From assembly GCA_963809485.1 (NCBI GenBank), contig CAWEJX010000007.1, forward strand, positions 672,001-736,000: 64,000 bases of DNA, given 5' to 3'. The stretch's first letter is position 1, and the number at the start of each line of letters is the position of its first letter. The notes beneath the pieces are model-generated. The model saw only the letters and a program-made list of their open reading frames with translations. It made no database searches and was not told the origin of the DNA. The stretch comes from an uncultured Acidobacteriota bacterium. Lineage in GTDB: Bacteria > Acidobacteriota > UBA6911. Both the position numbers and the translations under genes were made by a program. This document shows positions 40,901 to 50,352 of this stretch, in pieces.

Positions 40901-41003
40901 TAACGCTGATACACGCTGACAAACACTGACCTACGCCGATTCCAAAATTTATATGAATTTTTTCAGCGTAAGTCAGCGCTTTTTTCGGCGTAAGTCAGCG
41001 TTA
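40901..41003. repeat. Full ACGCTGAC-unit palindrome (type example)
   Basis: TAACGCTGAT ACACGCTGAC AAACACTGAC CTACGCCGAT - AT loop - mirrored arm ending TCAGCGTTA. Confidence 0.85.
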
Positions 41004-41107
41004 CGCGAATTTCAGATCTCGAATCTCTTGCCGAGCACATCCGATTGTAGTAAAAGAAACCCCGGTTTTTAGTATTCGCGTAATCGTGAGGGAGGACACC
41101 TGCGAAC

Positions 41108-42442
41108 ATGACGGAAAAGACCTGGGAAAACTACAAGCAGAATAAGCCGCTCAAGCCATCGCCTCTGAAGGATATCAAGGTCCTCGAAGTCTGCACCATG
41201 CTGCTGGGCCCCATGGGCCCGGCGTTGCTGGCGCAGCTGGGCGCCGAGGTGATACGCTGTGAAATCCCCCCGATGGGCGATTCCACCCGCTCGCTGAACC
41301 CGTTCGGATGGTTCCTGAAGGATCAAAGCCCCCTGCTTCTGCATATCAACCAGAACAAGTATTGGCTGGGACTCGACCTGCACAAGCGGGAGGCGCGCCG
41401 GATCTTCTGCGAGCTTGCCGCCAAGTGCGATATCGTCGAAAACAATTTCCGGCCGGGAGTCATGGAAGAGTGGGAAATCGGCTACCGGCAGATCCGTGCC
41501 ATCAATCCGGGGATCATCTTCCTGTCCAAGAGCGGCTACGGCCAGTGGGGCCAGTATGCCAGGGAGAACCGCCCGTCGAATGACGGCGCTTCCCAGGCCC
41601 TTTCCGGATACTCGTGGATGTCCCGCTTCCCCGGCCAGACGCCCCTGAAGATGCGCGCATACATCGGCGACAATTACGGCGCCATGAGCGCCGAGGTCGC
41701 CGTACTGGCTGCTCTCCATTACCGGGACAGGACCGGAAAGGGACAGTTCATCGAATTCTCGCAGACGGAAAATATCTTGAGGACCATGTCCTGGACCTGG
41801 CCCTATATCCAGCTCTCCGGCAGAAAGGCGGAGCCGGCCGGCAACCGGGATGTCTCCGTATGCCCCGCGGACACCTTCCGCTGCATCGACGACACTTTTG
41901 TCGCCCTCGCAGCGGCTGCCCCCGAGGAGTTCAAAGGCTTGTGCAAAGCCATGGACAAGCCGCAGCTGGCGGAAGACCCGAGGTTCAGAGACCACATCAC
42001 ACGGCTTAAAGAGGAGAACGCGACCGCCGTGTTGAAGATCATCGCCGATTGGGCACGGACGAAGCGGCCGGAAGAAATCGAGGCTCTGGCCGAACAGCAC
42101 GGCTTTGCTGCGAGCCACCTCTTTACGGCCAGGGACCTGGTCGAGAACGAGCACTTTCGCGCGAGAGATTTCTGGACGGAAATCGATGATGCGCTGATCG
42201 GCAAGTACCACAATTACGAATTTCCGGTAAAAATGTCGGGCACGCCGCCTCAGACCAGGTGGTCCGTGAGGCCGGTCGGTTTCGACAACGAGTTCATTCT
42301 GAAGAGCCTGCTGGGCAAGAACGACGAGCAAATCCGGCAACTGTACGAGGCCGGAGCCCTGGGCAAGTGGGCGGACGCTCAGGGCCGCCGCCCGCCGCCG
42401 GATTGGGACGGCAAAGCGGGACTCAACGTGGCAAAAAGCTGA
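41108..42442 (+). CDS. Family III CoA-transferase (CaiB/BaiF), Asp-containing subunit
   Basis: PLKDIKVLE, LGAEVI, ENNFRPG, SGYGQWGQ, IGDNYGA. Confidence 0.9.
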   Translation: MTEKTWENYKQNKPLKPSPLKDIKVLEVCTMLLGPMGPALLAQLGAEVIRCEIPPMGDSTRSLNPFGWFLKDQSPLLLHINQNKYWLGLDLHKREARRIFCELAAKCDIVENNFRPGVMEEWEIGYRQIRAINPGIIFLSKSGYGQWGQYARENRPSNDGASQALSGYSWMSRFPGQTPLKMRAYIGDNYGAMSAEVAVLAALHYRDRTGKGQFIEFSQTENILRTMSWTWPYIQLSGRKAEPAGNRDVSVCPADTFRCIDDTFVALAAAAPEEFKGLCKAMDKPQLAEDPRFRDHITRLKEENATAVLKIIADWARTKRPEEIEALAEQHGFAASHLFTARDLVENEHFRARDFWTEIDDALIGKYHNYEFPVKMSGTPPQTRWSVRPVGFDNEFILKSLLGKNDEQIRQLYEAGALGKWADAQGRRPPPDWDGKAGLNVAKS

Positions 42443-42472
42443 TAACGGACCGGAAGCAACGAGGATATCAAA

Positions 42473-43822
42473 ATGGCCAGCAAGGCACGGCGCGATTGGT
42501 CGGAGTGGGCGGATTGGATCCGGGAAAGAGACGATCCCAAAATTGCACATACAAAACCTGAAGCACTGGACGACATCATAGTGCTGGACCTGAGTTCCAA
42601 AAACTTTGGCGGATGCGCCTGCTCCACGGCGCTGTCCGAATTCGGCGCAAAAGTTTTGAGGATTGAACCCCCGGAGGGCGATTTCATCCGGACCTGCACG
42701 CCCTACGGATTCCTGCACCAGGGCGAAGGATTGAATTACCTGACCGAGGGCAGGAACAAACTGCACATCACCCTGGACCTGGAAAAGCCGCAGGCAAGGG
42801 AGATGCTCAAGGAGCTTGTGTACAAGGCGGATGTCCTCATCGAAACCTACAAACCCGGAACGATGGAGGCATGGGGCCTGGGATATGAGCAGCTGAAAAC
42901 GGTCAACCCGGGGCTTATCTATGCCTCCCTTACCGGCTACGGAGTGTTCGGCCCCATGAGCCGGAGCCGCATGCCCGACTACGACAATGTCGCCCAGGCC
43001 AGGTCCGGATTCCAGTACGACACCGGTGAGCGGCTGCCGGCCGGCAAAACCATAGACGACTGCCCCTGGGCGATCCCCACAAAGTCCGGTCCCTGGATCG
43101 CCTGGTGCATGTCGGGAACATTCATGGCTATGGGGATCCTGGCTGCACTGCACTGGAAGTTCCGCACGGGCGAGGGACAAGCTCTGGAAATCGCCACCGC
43201 GGAAGCCTACGCCCGTATCGACGATTTCGTCGCGCTCTGGTACGAGCACGAAGGCCGCATCAACGAACGTTTCGGCAACCTGGACACCGCCATCTGGCTT
43301 TACTGCTTTGCGCCCACGCGGGACGGAGCCGTCTTTTTAGGCGGCCTGAGGCTGGAGATGTGGCAGGCTTTCGCGGATATGATCGGCAAGTGGGACGAAT
43401 GGGGAGCCGCCGGCTGGACCAGCATCGCGCCATTCACCCGCGAGGAAGAACAGCTCAAATGGTCCGCCATGATCTTCGAGGAAACGCGCAAGTACACCAG
43501 CGACGAGCTTCTGAACATGTCCCTGGAATATTCCAAACACGGACGCCTGGCGCCGATAACGTGCGTGGTGGCGGCCGTACTGCCTCCCGAAGAAGCCATC
43601 AAGGATCCCAACTGGCTCGACCGCGGCATCTTCACGCCCGTTCAGGATCCGGTCTACGGAGAGATCGTTGCCGCGCAGGCGCAATATAAATTGACCGAAA
43701 CCCCAATCCGGGTCCGTTGGGTGTGCCGCCCTGTCGGCTACGACAACGAGTCTGTCTACTCGCAATACCTGGGGCTCGATGCTTCCCGGATTATGGATTT
43801 AAAAAGGGAAGGTGTAATTTAG
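42473..43822 (+). CDS. Family III CoA-transferase paralog lacking the catalytic Asp
   Basis: FGAKVLRIEPPEGD, ETYKPG, TGYGVFGP; IAWCMSG at the position of the IGD motif. Confidence 0.85.
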   Translation: MASKARRDWSEWADWIRERDDPKIAHTKPEALDDIIVLDLSSKNFGGCACSTALSEFGAKVLRIEPPEGDFIRTCTPYGFLHQGEGLNYLTEGRNKLHITLDLEKPQAREMLKELVYKADVLIETYKPGTMEAWGLGYEQLKTVNPGLIYASLTGYGVFGPMSRSRMPDYDNVAQARSGFQYDTGERLPAGKTIDDCPWAIPTKSGPWIAWCMSGTFMAMGILAALHWKFRTGEGQALEIATAEAYARIDDFVALWYEHEGRINERFGNLDTAIWLYCFAPTRDGAVFLGGLRLEMWQAFADMIGKWDEWGAAGWTSIAPFTREEEQLKWSAMIFEETRKYTSDELLNMSLEYSKHGRLAPITCVVAAVLPPEEAIKDPNWLDRGIFTPVQDPVYGEIVAAQAQYKLTETPIRVRWVCRPVGYDNESVYSQYLGLDASRIMDLKREGVI

Positions 43823-43827
43823 AGCTA

Positions 43828-44425
43828 TAACGCTGACGGACGCTGAAAAAACGCTGACATACGCTGACACAAAAAAATTTATAGATATATTTTTTCAGCG
43901 TATGTCAGCGTTTCCGTCGGCGTAGGTCAGCGTATAATAGCGGAGCGGCCTTCATTAAAGCCTTGGATGTTGCCGAACTTCATGGCATTTCGCGCCCGTT
44001 GATGAATCACCCGTTTTCTTTGAAGTGCTTCCGGATAATTTTACCCACATCAGGCGGATATTCCGCTTTTCCGACACTGACGGACGCTGAGAGAAGCGCT
44101 GACAAACGCTGACTCAAAAAAATTTATAGATATATTTTTTCAGCGTATGTCAGCGTTCCGTCGGCGTAGGTCAGCGTATAATAGCGGAGCGGCCTTCATT
44201 AAAGCCTTGGATGTTGCCGAACTTCATGGCATTTCGCGCCCGTTGATGAATCACCCGTTTTCTTTGAAGTGCTTCCGGATAATTTTACCCACATCAGGCG
44301 GATATTCCGCTTTTCCGACACTGACGGACGCTGAGAGAAGCGCTGACAAACGCTGACTCAAAAAAATTTATAGATATATTTTTTCAGCGTATGTCAGCGT
44401 TTCTGTCGGCGTCCGTCAGCGTTCA
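43828..44425. repeat. Array of three ACGCTGAC palindromes separated by two identical iorB-derived fragments (period ~244 bp)
   Basis: 43937-44083 = 44181-44327; both match 44426-44460 joined to 44581-44693. Confidence 0.9.
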
Positions 44426-45015
44426 ATAGCGGAGCGGCCTTCATTAAAGGCCTGGATGTTGATCTCGTGCAGCCGGGCGGGCAGCATCTCCCTGATGGCT
44501 TCGATCCACTGCCCGGCGTTCAGCTCGGGGAAGAATCCCGATACGGCGCCGAGGATGACAACGTTCGCTACCTGGATGTTGCCGAGCTTCCTGGCGATTT
44601 CCCGCCCGTTGACGACCCACACGTTTTCTTTGAAGTGCTTCCGGAAAATTTTCTCCACATCCGGCGGATACTCCGCTTTGCCGAGGCTGACGGTCGGGGG
44701 AAGGATCTTCTGGTTGTTGAGGATCACTTTGCCGTCGGGCTTCAGCCAGTTCAGGTAGCGCAAGGCCTCCAGAAGCTCGAAGGAGATGAGGTAATCCGCG
44801 TCCCCCTGCTTGATGAGGGGCGAGTGCACCTTCCGGCCGAAGCGGAAGTGCGTCGTGACGTCGCCGCCGCGCTGGGCCATGCCGTGGACTTCCGCCTTCT
44901 TCACGTCATAGCCGGCATTGAGCAAAACCTGGCCGAGGATATTGCTCGCGAGGATGGTGCCCTGTCCTCCCACGCCTGAAAGAAATATGTTTCTGGTCCT
45001 GCCGTCATTGGACAT
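44416..45015 (-). CDS. iorB: Indolepyruvate/arylpyruvate:ferredoxin oxidoreductase beta subunit
   Basis: GVGGQG, EVHGMAQRGG, FELLEALR. Confidence 0.92.
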   Translation of the reverse strand: MSNDGRTRNIFLSGVGGQGTILASNILGQVLLNAGYDVKKAEVHGMAQRGGDVTTHFRFGRKVHSPLIKQGDADYLISFELLEALRYLNWLKPDGKVILNNQKILPPTVSLGKAEYPPDVEKIFRKHFKENVWVVNGREIARKLGNIQVANVVILGAVSGFFPELNAGQWIEAIREMLPARLHEINIQAFNEGRSAIER

Positions 45016-45025
45016 AGTCTCCTCC

Positions 45026-46846
45026 TCACTCTTCACGCGGCATGATGCTTTCAAATTCGCAGACCTGCGTGCACACGCCGCAGCCGACGCACTGGTCCTC
45101 ATTGATGAAGGCCGTGCCCTTTCTCTTGCGGCCGCTGCGGGTAACCCCCTCACCCGCCTGGAAGCTTATGGACGGGCAGTTGATGTCCAGGCACAGTTTG
45201 CACCCCATGCAGTTATCCTCGTTGATCCTGTAGGACCGGTGGCTGAAGCGCTCGAGCGGCCGGGCCCTGCGCAGCAGCATGCAGGGGCTGTTTTGAGTGA
45301 TGATGACGGACGCGGCGTCCCGGTTCACTTCCTCGCGGATCACCTCCATGGTTTCCTTGATATTGTAAGGGTCCACCATCCTCACGTGCTGGACCCCGAC
45401 TGCCTTCGCCAGCTGCTCGTAGTCGACCGTCGTCGCCGGGTCGCCCTTGATGGTGTGCCCTGTACCCGGGTGCTCCTGCTGCCCCGTCATCGCCGTAATG
45501 CGGTTGTCCAGGATGATCGTAGTGGAGTAGCCGCCGTTATAAACGGCATCCATGAGCGGGCCGATGCCGCCGTGCAGGAAAGTCGAATCGCCCAGAACGG
45601 CGCACAGTTTGCCCAGTCCCTCGCTCCCCAGCGCCTTGCCCGCGCCATAGGCTCCGCCTATGCCGGCGCCCATGCAGGTGGAGGCGTGCATGGCGGAAAG
45701 CGGCGGCGCGACAGCCAGGCCGTAGCAGCCGATGTCGCCGAAGACGAAGAGGCGCAGTTTTTTCAGCGCGTAAAACAGCGGCCGGTGAGAGCACCCGGCA
45801 CACAGGTTCGGCGGCCTCTGAGGCAGGTCCTGAGTCTGTATGCGCGGTTTGGCGGGCTTGTAGCTTTTGCGCGTCACGGGCTTCGACAGCGATTTTTCCA
45901 GAATGCCCGGCGTCAGTTCGCCGATGGCCGGGATGAGATCCTTCCCGTGCCACACCTTGTATCCCATTGCGCGGATCTCTGTTTCAAAGAAAGTATCCAG
46001 CTCCTCGACTATAATCACTTTTTTGACTTTGCTGAAAAACTCCGCAATCAGCTTGCGCGGCATGGGCCACACCATGCCGAGCTTCAGGAAGGAATACCGG
46101 GGAAAGAGCTCTTTGGCATACAGGCAGGACACGCCCGCGGAAATGAACCCGATGGACGGATCGTTGATCTCCATCGTGTTGCAGGGGAACTCCTCGTCCG
46201 CGTAGGCTGCCAGCTTGCCGATGCGCTCCTCGACGAAAACCCGCCGGACCCTTGCGTACATGGGCACCATGACATTTTTGGGCGTAAGGCTTCGGTCGAG
46301 CCCCCTGGGCATGGCCGACTCCTTCCTCTCTTCCAGCTCGACCGGGGAGTCGCAGTGCGAGACCCGGGTCTCGGTCCGCACCAGTACCGGCGTGTCGAAC
46401 CGTTCGCTGATGTCAAAGGCGATCTTCGTGAACTCCTTGCACTCCTGCGAGTCGGCGGGTTCGAGCATGGGCACTTTGCCGAAGCGCGTCCAGTGCCTGC
46501 TGTCCTGCTCGTTCTGGGAGCTGTGCTGCCCGGGATCGTCCGCCACGACGATGACGAAGCCTCCCCGGACGCCGGTGTAGGAGATGGTCATGAGCGGATC
46601 GGCCGCAACATTCAGGCCGACATGTTTCATGCAGGCGATCGCGCGGCCCCCCGCGAGCGAAGCGCCGTGCGCCACTTCCACCGCTACTTTTTCGTTGGGA
46701 GACCATTCCGTATAAACTTCTTTGTATCCCGCCAGTTCGGCCATGATTTCGCTGCTGGGAGTCCCGGGATAGGCGCACCCGACGGCGGCGCCCGCCTCCC
46801 ACGCTCCCCTGGCAATAGCCGCATTGCCCTGAAGTATCTTCTTCAT
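45026..46846 (-). CDS. iorA: Indolepyruvate/arylpyruvate:ferredoxin oxidoreductase alpha subunit
   Basis: YPGTPSSE, MKHVGLNVAAD, SSQNEQD, CAGCSHR, GDIGCY, GDSTF, 2x[4Fe-4S]. Confidence 0.95.
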   Translation of the reverse strand: MKKILQGNAAIARGAWEAGAAVGCAYPGTPSSEIMAELAGYKEVYTEWSPNEKVAVEVAHGASLAGGRAIACMKHVGLNVAADPLMTISYTGVRGGFVIVVADDPGQHSSQNEQDSRHWTRFGKVPMLEPADSQECKEFTKIAFDISERFDTPVLVRTETRVSHCDSPVELEERKESAMPRGLDRSLTPKNVMVPMYARVRRVFVEERIGKLAAYADEEFPCNTMEINDPSIGFISAGVSCLYAKELFPRYSFLKLGMVWPMPRKLIAEFFSKVKKVIIVEELDTFFETEIRAMGYKVWHGKDLIPAIGELTPGILEKSLSKPVTRKSYKPAKPRIQTQDLPQRPPNLCAGCSHRPLFYALKKLRLFVFGDIGCYGLAVAPPLSAMHASTCMGAGIGGAYGAGKALGSEGLGKLCAVLGDSTFLHGGIGPLMDAVYNGGYSTTIILDNRITAMTGQQEHPGTGHTIKGDPATTVDYEQLAKAVGVQHVRMVDPYNIKETMEVIREEVNRDAASVIITQNSPCMLLRRARPLERFSHRSYRINEDNCMGCKLCLDINCPSISFQAGEGVTRSGRKRKGTAFINEDQCVGCGVCTQVCEFESIMPREE

Positions 46847-46937
46847 GCTGCCTCCTGAATTCCTTCCTGACCCGCTCACAAAAAGCAGAAGTATATATCA
46901 TCTCCGCCCGCTGTTTGATGGGGAAACTTCGATTACA

Positions 46938-47332
46938 TTGGTAAACCCCCGGCTCTGCCGGGAGACTCAAAGAGTTTGGCAGCTCCGTATTTTGAAACGC
47001 TGAGAAACGCTGATAAAAGCGCTGACAAACGCGGATTTATTCGGCGAGGGTCGGCGAGCAAAAGCCGATGAGGCGCTTCCGATGGAGTTTTCTGCGGCGG
47101 CACTGTGGCAAACGCCCGGTTTCTCATACCCTTCATCTCCTTGCCGCACGGCGCTTGCCACAGTGCCGCCGCAGAAAACTGTCCAGCGCGGAGCGCTGGC
47201 CTCTGCGGGAATCGGAAGCGCCTCATCGGCTTTTGCCCGCGTAAGTCAGCGTTCAAGACCGGCGTAACTAGTCCAACCGCTTTGAGCGGTTCAAATCTTT
47301 CAAGCCTCCGGCTTTGCCGGAGGTACCGGACT
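46938..47332 (+). mobile_element. Non-autonomous IS200/IS605-like nested element, copy C (395 bp)
   Basis: Terminal CCGGCT(C/T)TGCCGG hairpins; internal perfect 26-bp inverted repeats 47058-47083/47211-47236 and 47086-47111/47155-47180. Confidence 0.8.
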
Positions 47333-47473
47333 CTTTGGGGCCGAATTGTTCAGGCGCGAACTTTCAAAGGAAAGCATTTCTGTGCTTGGAAGCGCGGGCT
47401 GCAGGGTAGTAAGCTAGGGCTCAAACGACCCTTACACAAAATGTCCGAAGAACGACTTGGGAAGGGAGGATGT

Positions 47474-48610
47474 ATGAAGCAGAATCCGTCAAGGAGGAAG
47501 TTTATACAGGCGGGACTGATGCTGCCTGCAACCAGCCTGATTTCCTCGCGCATCCCGGAACCATTCCTATCGCCGCCGCCTGGAGTGGTTTACCGGACCC
47601 TGGGAAAAACCGGAATAAAAGTGTCGGGCGTCGGCTGCGGCGCCGGCGGAGTCCCCGATCCGGATATCCTGGCGCGCGCCTACGACCTGGGCGTCAACTA
47701 CTTCGACACGGCGCGGATTTACGGGCAAGGGAAGAGCGAACAGATTTTGGGCAGGTTCCTCAAAGGGAAAAGAGACAAAGTCATACTGGCAAGCAAGACC
47801 TATTCGAACACCAAAGAGACAATTCTGGCGGACATCGAAACCAGCCTGACAACCCTCGGGACGGATTATCTGGATATCTATCACCAGCACTCCAGGCACA
47901 CGCCCAAGGAAATCACCGACGAAATGATCGAAACCATGGTGCTGGTCAAGAAGCAGGGCAAAGCACGCTTCATCGGTGTCAGCACCCACGATCCGAACGC
48001 CATGGTGGATTTTATCCTCAATACCGGCAAATTCGACGCGGTTCAGACCACCTACAGCTATGCCATTGGTGCGCCTTACAGGGACGCCGCGATTGCAAAA
48101 CTTCACGACGCCGGCCTCGGAGTCATAGCCATGAAGGTCGTGATAGCGACGGCCACACCCAAGGGAGACAAGGGCAACCACCTGACCAACGAGGGCGGCC
48201 TCGCAGCCATCAAGTGGGTCCTGCGCAATCCGGCAATTTCCACCACCGTGCCCTGGGCGGAAACTATCGAGGAAGTCGAGATGAACTTCCGGGCCATGTC
48301 GGAGACCTTCACCCCCGAGGATGAGAAGATACTGTTTACGCGCAGCGAACAGATACGCGAGCTTTACTGCCGCATGTGCTTTGAGTGCAAGGGGAAGTGC
48401 CCCAAGGGCGTGCCGGTCGCCGATGAGCTGCGCATGCTGGCTTACAACGACTTTGCCGGCCACTTCCACCAGGCCCGGGAGAGCTTCTGGGATCTGCCGA
48501 GGGAGGTACGCAACGTGCGCTGCAGCGACTGCGCCGAATGCGTTATTCAATGCCCGAACGGCGTCAAGGTCCGCGACCGGCTGATCCGCGCGCAGGAGCT
48601 TCTGGCCTAG
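47474..48610 (+). CDS. Aldo/keto reductase with Tat-like signal and C-terminal Fe-S domain
   Basis: SRRKFI, YRTLGKTG, FDTARIY, CRMCFECKGKCP, CSDCAECVIQCP. Confidence 0.88.
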   Translation: MKQNPSRRKFIQAGLMLPATSLISSRIPEPFLSPPPGVVYRTLGKTGIKVSGVGCGAGGVPDPDILARAYDLGVNYFDTARIYGQGKSEQILGRFLKGKRDKVILASKTYSNTKETILADIETSLTTLGTDYLDIYHQHSRHTPKEITDEMIETMVLVKKQGKARFIGVSTHDPNAMVDFILNTGKFDAVQTTYSYAIGAPYRDAAIAKLHDAGLGVIAMKVVIATATPKGDKGNHLTNEGGLAAIKWVLRNPAISTTVPWAETIEEVEMNFRAMSETFTPEDEKILFTRSEQIRELYCRMCFECKGKCPKGVPVADELRMLAYNDFAGHFHQARESFWDLPREVRNVRCSDCAECVIQCPNGVKVRDRLIRAQELLA

Positions 48611-48613
48611 CAT

Positions 48614-48709
48614 TAACGCTGATAGACGCCGACAGAACGCTGACATACGCTGAAAAAAATATTGATTCTCAGCGTAAGTCAGCGCTTTTGTCGGCGTTCG
48701 TCAGCGTTA
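48614..48709. repeat. Full ACGCTGAC-unit palindrome
   Basis: TAACGCTGA...TCAGCGTTA, four units per arm, between convergent genes. Confidence 0.85.
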
Positions 48710-48714
48710 CAGGA

Positions 48715-50352
48715 TCATTGAGCCACTCCCAAGGTTTTTCTGGACGCCCGATGCAAGGCGATCACCAGCGCTCCCAGGCCGATGAGGATCAGCAGGAAAT
48801 TGAGAATACCTCCGATATAGGGCAGGTTTACGGCAACAAGAACGGCGGCGAGCCCCACCAGAAGGGCAAGCACCGTACCCCATTTCTCTCCTTCTTTGGT
48901 TCCCATAATCACGCTGCCAACGCATTTGGCGACTACAATCTTAGCAAGATACAGGCATAGCAGCCAGAGCACAAAGGCGACGACGGCAACGGGAATTCCG
49001 ATGACCGTAATCGCCAGTATGATCGCGGCTACGGGCACCGCGACCAGGGCCAGGAACCCGATGCCGCCGGAAACCGAGACATCGCGCACGGTGGAGAGCG
49101 GGACGCGGCCGAGGTTGGGGAACAGCAGGATCAGCACAATGCCCGTAACGAACATGGCGCCGAGCCGAAGCAGTTGCCTCATGTAGAAACGAAAAGTCCG
49201 GTACCGGCTCGGCTTTGGTTCGGCGATTTTTGTTGTCTTCTTGCCTCCGATGGTCACAGCCGGATCGATCTGGACATTCTTTTCGGCCTTTACCTCTACG
49301 TTCAGGTCGCGGCCTATGGCTGAAGGCGTGCGGACCAGAAGCCTTCCTCCACGGAAACTGAGGTCGCGCCCGATCCTGCTCCCGACATCCAAGCCTCCGG
49401 CGAAAACCAGGAGATCGCGGCCGATATCGCTGCTGACATCGGCTTCACTGCCGAAAAGCACGGCATCCTTATCCAGCCTGGCGCCGGAGCCGACGAGCAG
49501 GGTCTGGCCAAATCCCCACAGATTGCCGCCGACATGCCCGTTTGCCTGGACCGTCTGGCCGAAGGCGAAAATGTCTCCCTGCACGTTTCCGGTGACGTCG
49601 ACTCTGGTGCCGAAGCCGATAAGGTTTCCCTGCACGGTCCCCTGCACGTTGACCTGACGCGCGAACGCGATCACGTCACCGGTCACCGTTCCGCGGATGT
49701 TGACAAATTGGCCCGCAACCACCAGCGTATCGTCGACGACCTCGCCGGGTCCCACGGTGATGCTTCCCATGTCCTTTTTTGCATTGCGGATTTCGACGGC
49801 GTAGCCCGGCAGGGCGAGAACCAGCATCAGCGACACCAGGCTGAAAACACCGGTTGCGCCTATTTTCCGGCGGGCCAGAGCAATCATGCCGAAGACCGCA
49901 AGCAGGCCGAGGACCGCAGCCCCTGCCTGGTTCACGAGAGACGTAATCATGGAACCTCCTTCATCGATCAGATAAAACAAGCCGTTGCCAACCCAATTCA
50001 ACTGCGCCGGCATCGTCAGCGGATGCAGCCAGTCCAGTCCAAGCGGCAATTCCATGCCCTGCATCAGTCCGTACCCCGCGCGCAGCAGGACGGCTGCGCT
50101 CGCCAATGCGGCGGCCACTCGGCTCATGCCGCAAAGATCGCGCACCTCCGGCCGGATGGACTCCTGCGCCACCGGTTCGAGATCGAGCCCCTGCAGGCTC
50201 TCGACCAGCGCGCGATTCTCGGCCTTCAAAGCCGCCGCCAGTTCCCGGCAGCGGGCGCACGATTCCAGGTGCAGGACCACTTCCCGCGTCCCGGCTTCGG
50301 GCAGCTCGCCGTCGGCGTATTGGGCCAGGATGAATTCATCAGGGCACTTCAT
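48715..50352 (-). CDS. Zinc-finger anti-sigma factor fused to bactofilin-like beta-helix and multi-TM domain
   Basis: HLESCARC ZAS motif; V-x-G-x-V-x-G-D repeats; C-terminal TM helices. Confidence 0.75.
   Translation of the reverse strand: MKCPDEFILAQYADGELPEAGTREVVLHLESCARCRELAAALKAENRALVESLQGLDLEPVAQESIRPEVRDLCGMSRVAAALASAAVLLRAGYGLMQGMELPLGLDWLHPLTMPAQLNWVGNGLFYLIDEGGSMITSLVNQAGAAVLGLLAVFGMIALARRKIGATGVFSLVSLMLVLALPGYAVEIRNAKKDMGSITVGPGEVVDDTLVVAGQFVNIRGTVTGDVIAFARQVNVQGTVQGNLIGFGTRVDVTGNVQGDIFAFGQTVQANGHVGGNLWGFGQTLLVGSGARLDKDAVLFGSEADVSSDIGRDLLVFAGGLDVGSRIGRDLSFRGGRLLVRTPSAIGRDLNVEVKAEKNVQIDPAVTIGGKKTTKIAEPKPSRYRTFRFYMRQLLRLGAMFVTGIVLILLFPNLGRVPLSTVRDVSVSGGIGFLALVAVPVAAIILAITVIGIPVAVVAFVLWLLCLYLAKIVVAKCVGSVIMGTKEGEKWGTVLALLVGLAAVLVAVNLPYIGGILNFLLILIGLGALVIALHRASRKTLGVAQ

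Noticed and set aside
43937-44693. Diversity-generating retroelement template/variable repeat pair (iorB copy)
   Set aside because: Differences are not adenine-specific on either strand and include indels, and no reverse transcriptase is in the window
41069-46858. Long antisense ORFs (41069-43249, 44918-46858; likewise 23579-25258, 29181-30485, 58453-60219)
   Set aside because: Shadow frames of well-supported genes in GC-rich DNA with no recognisable motifs
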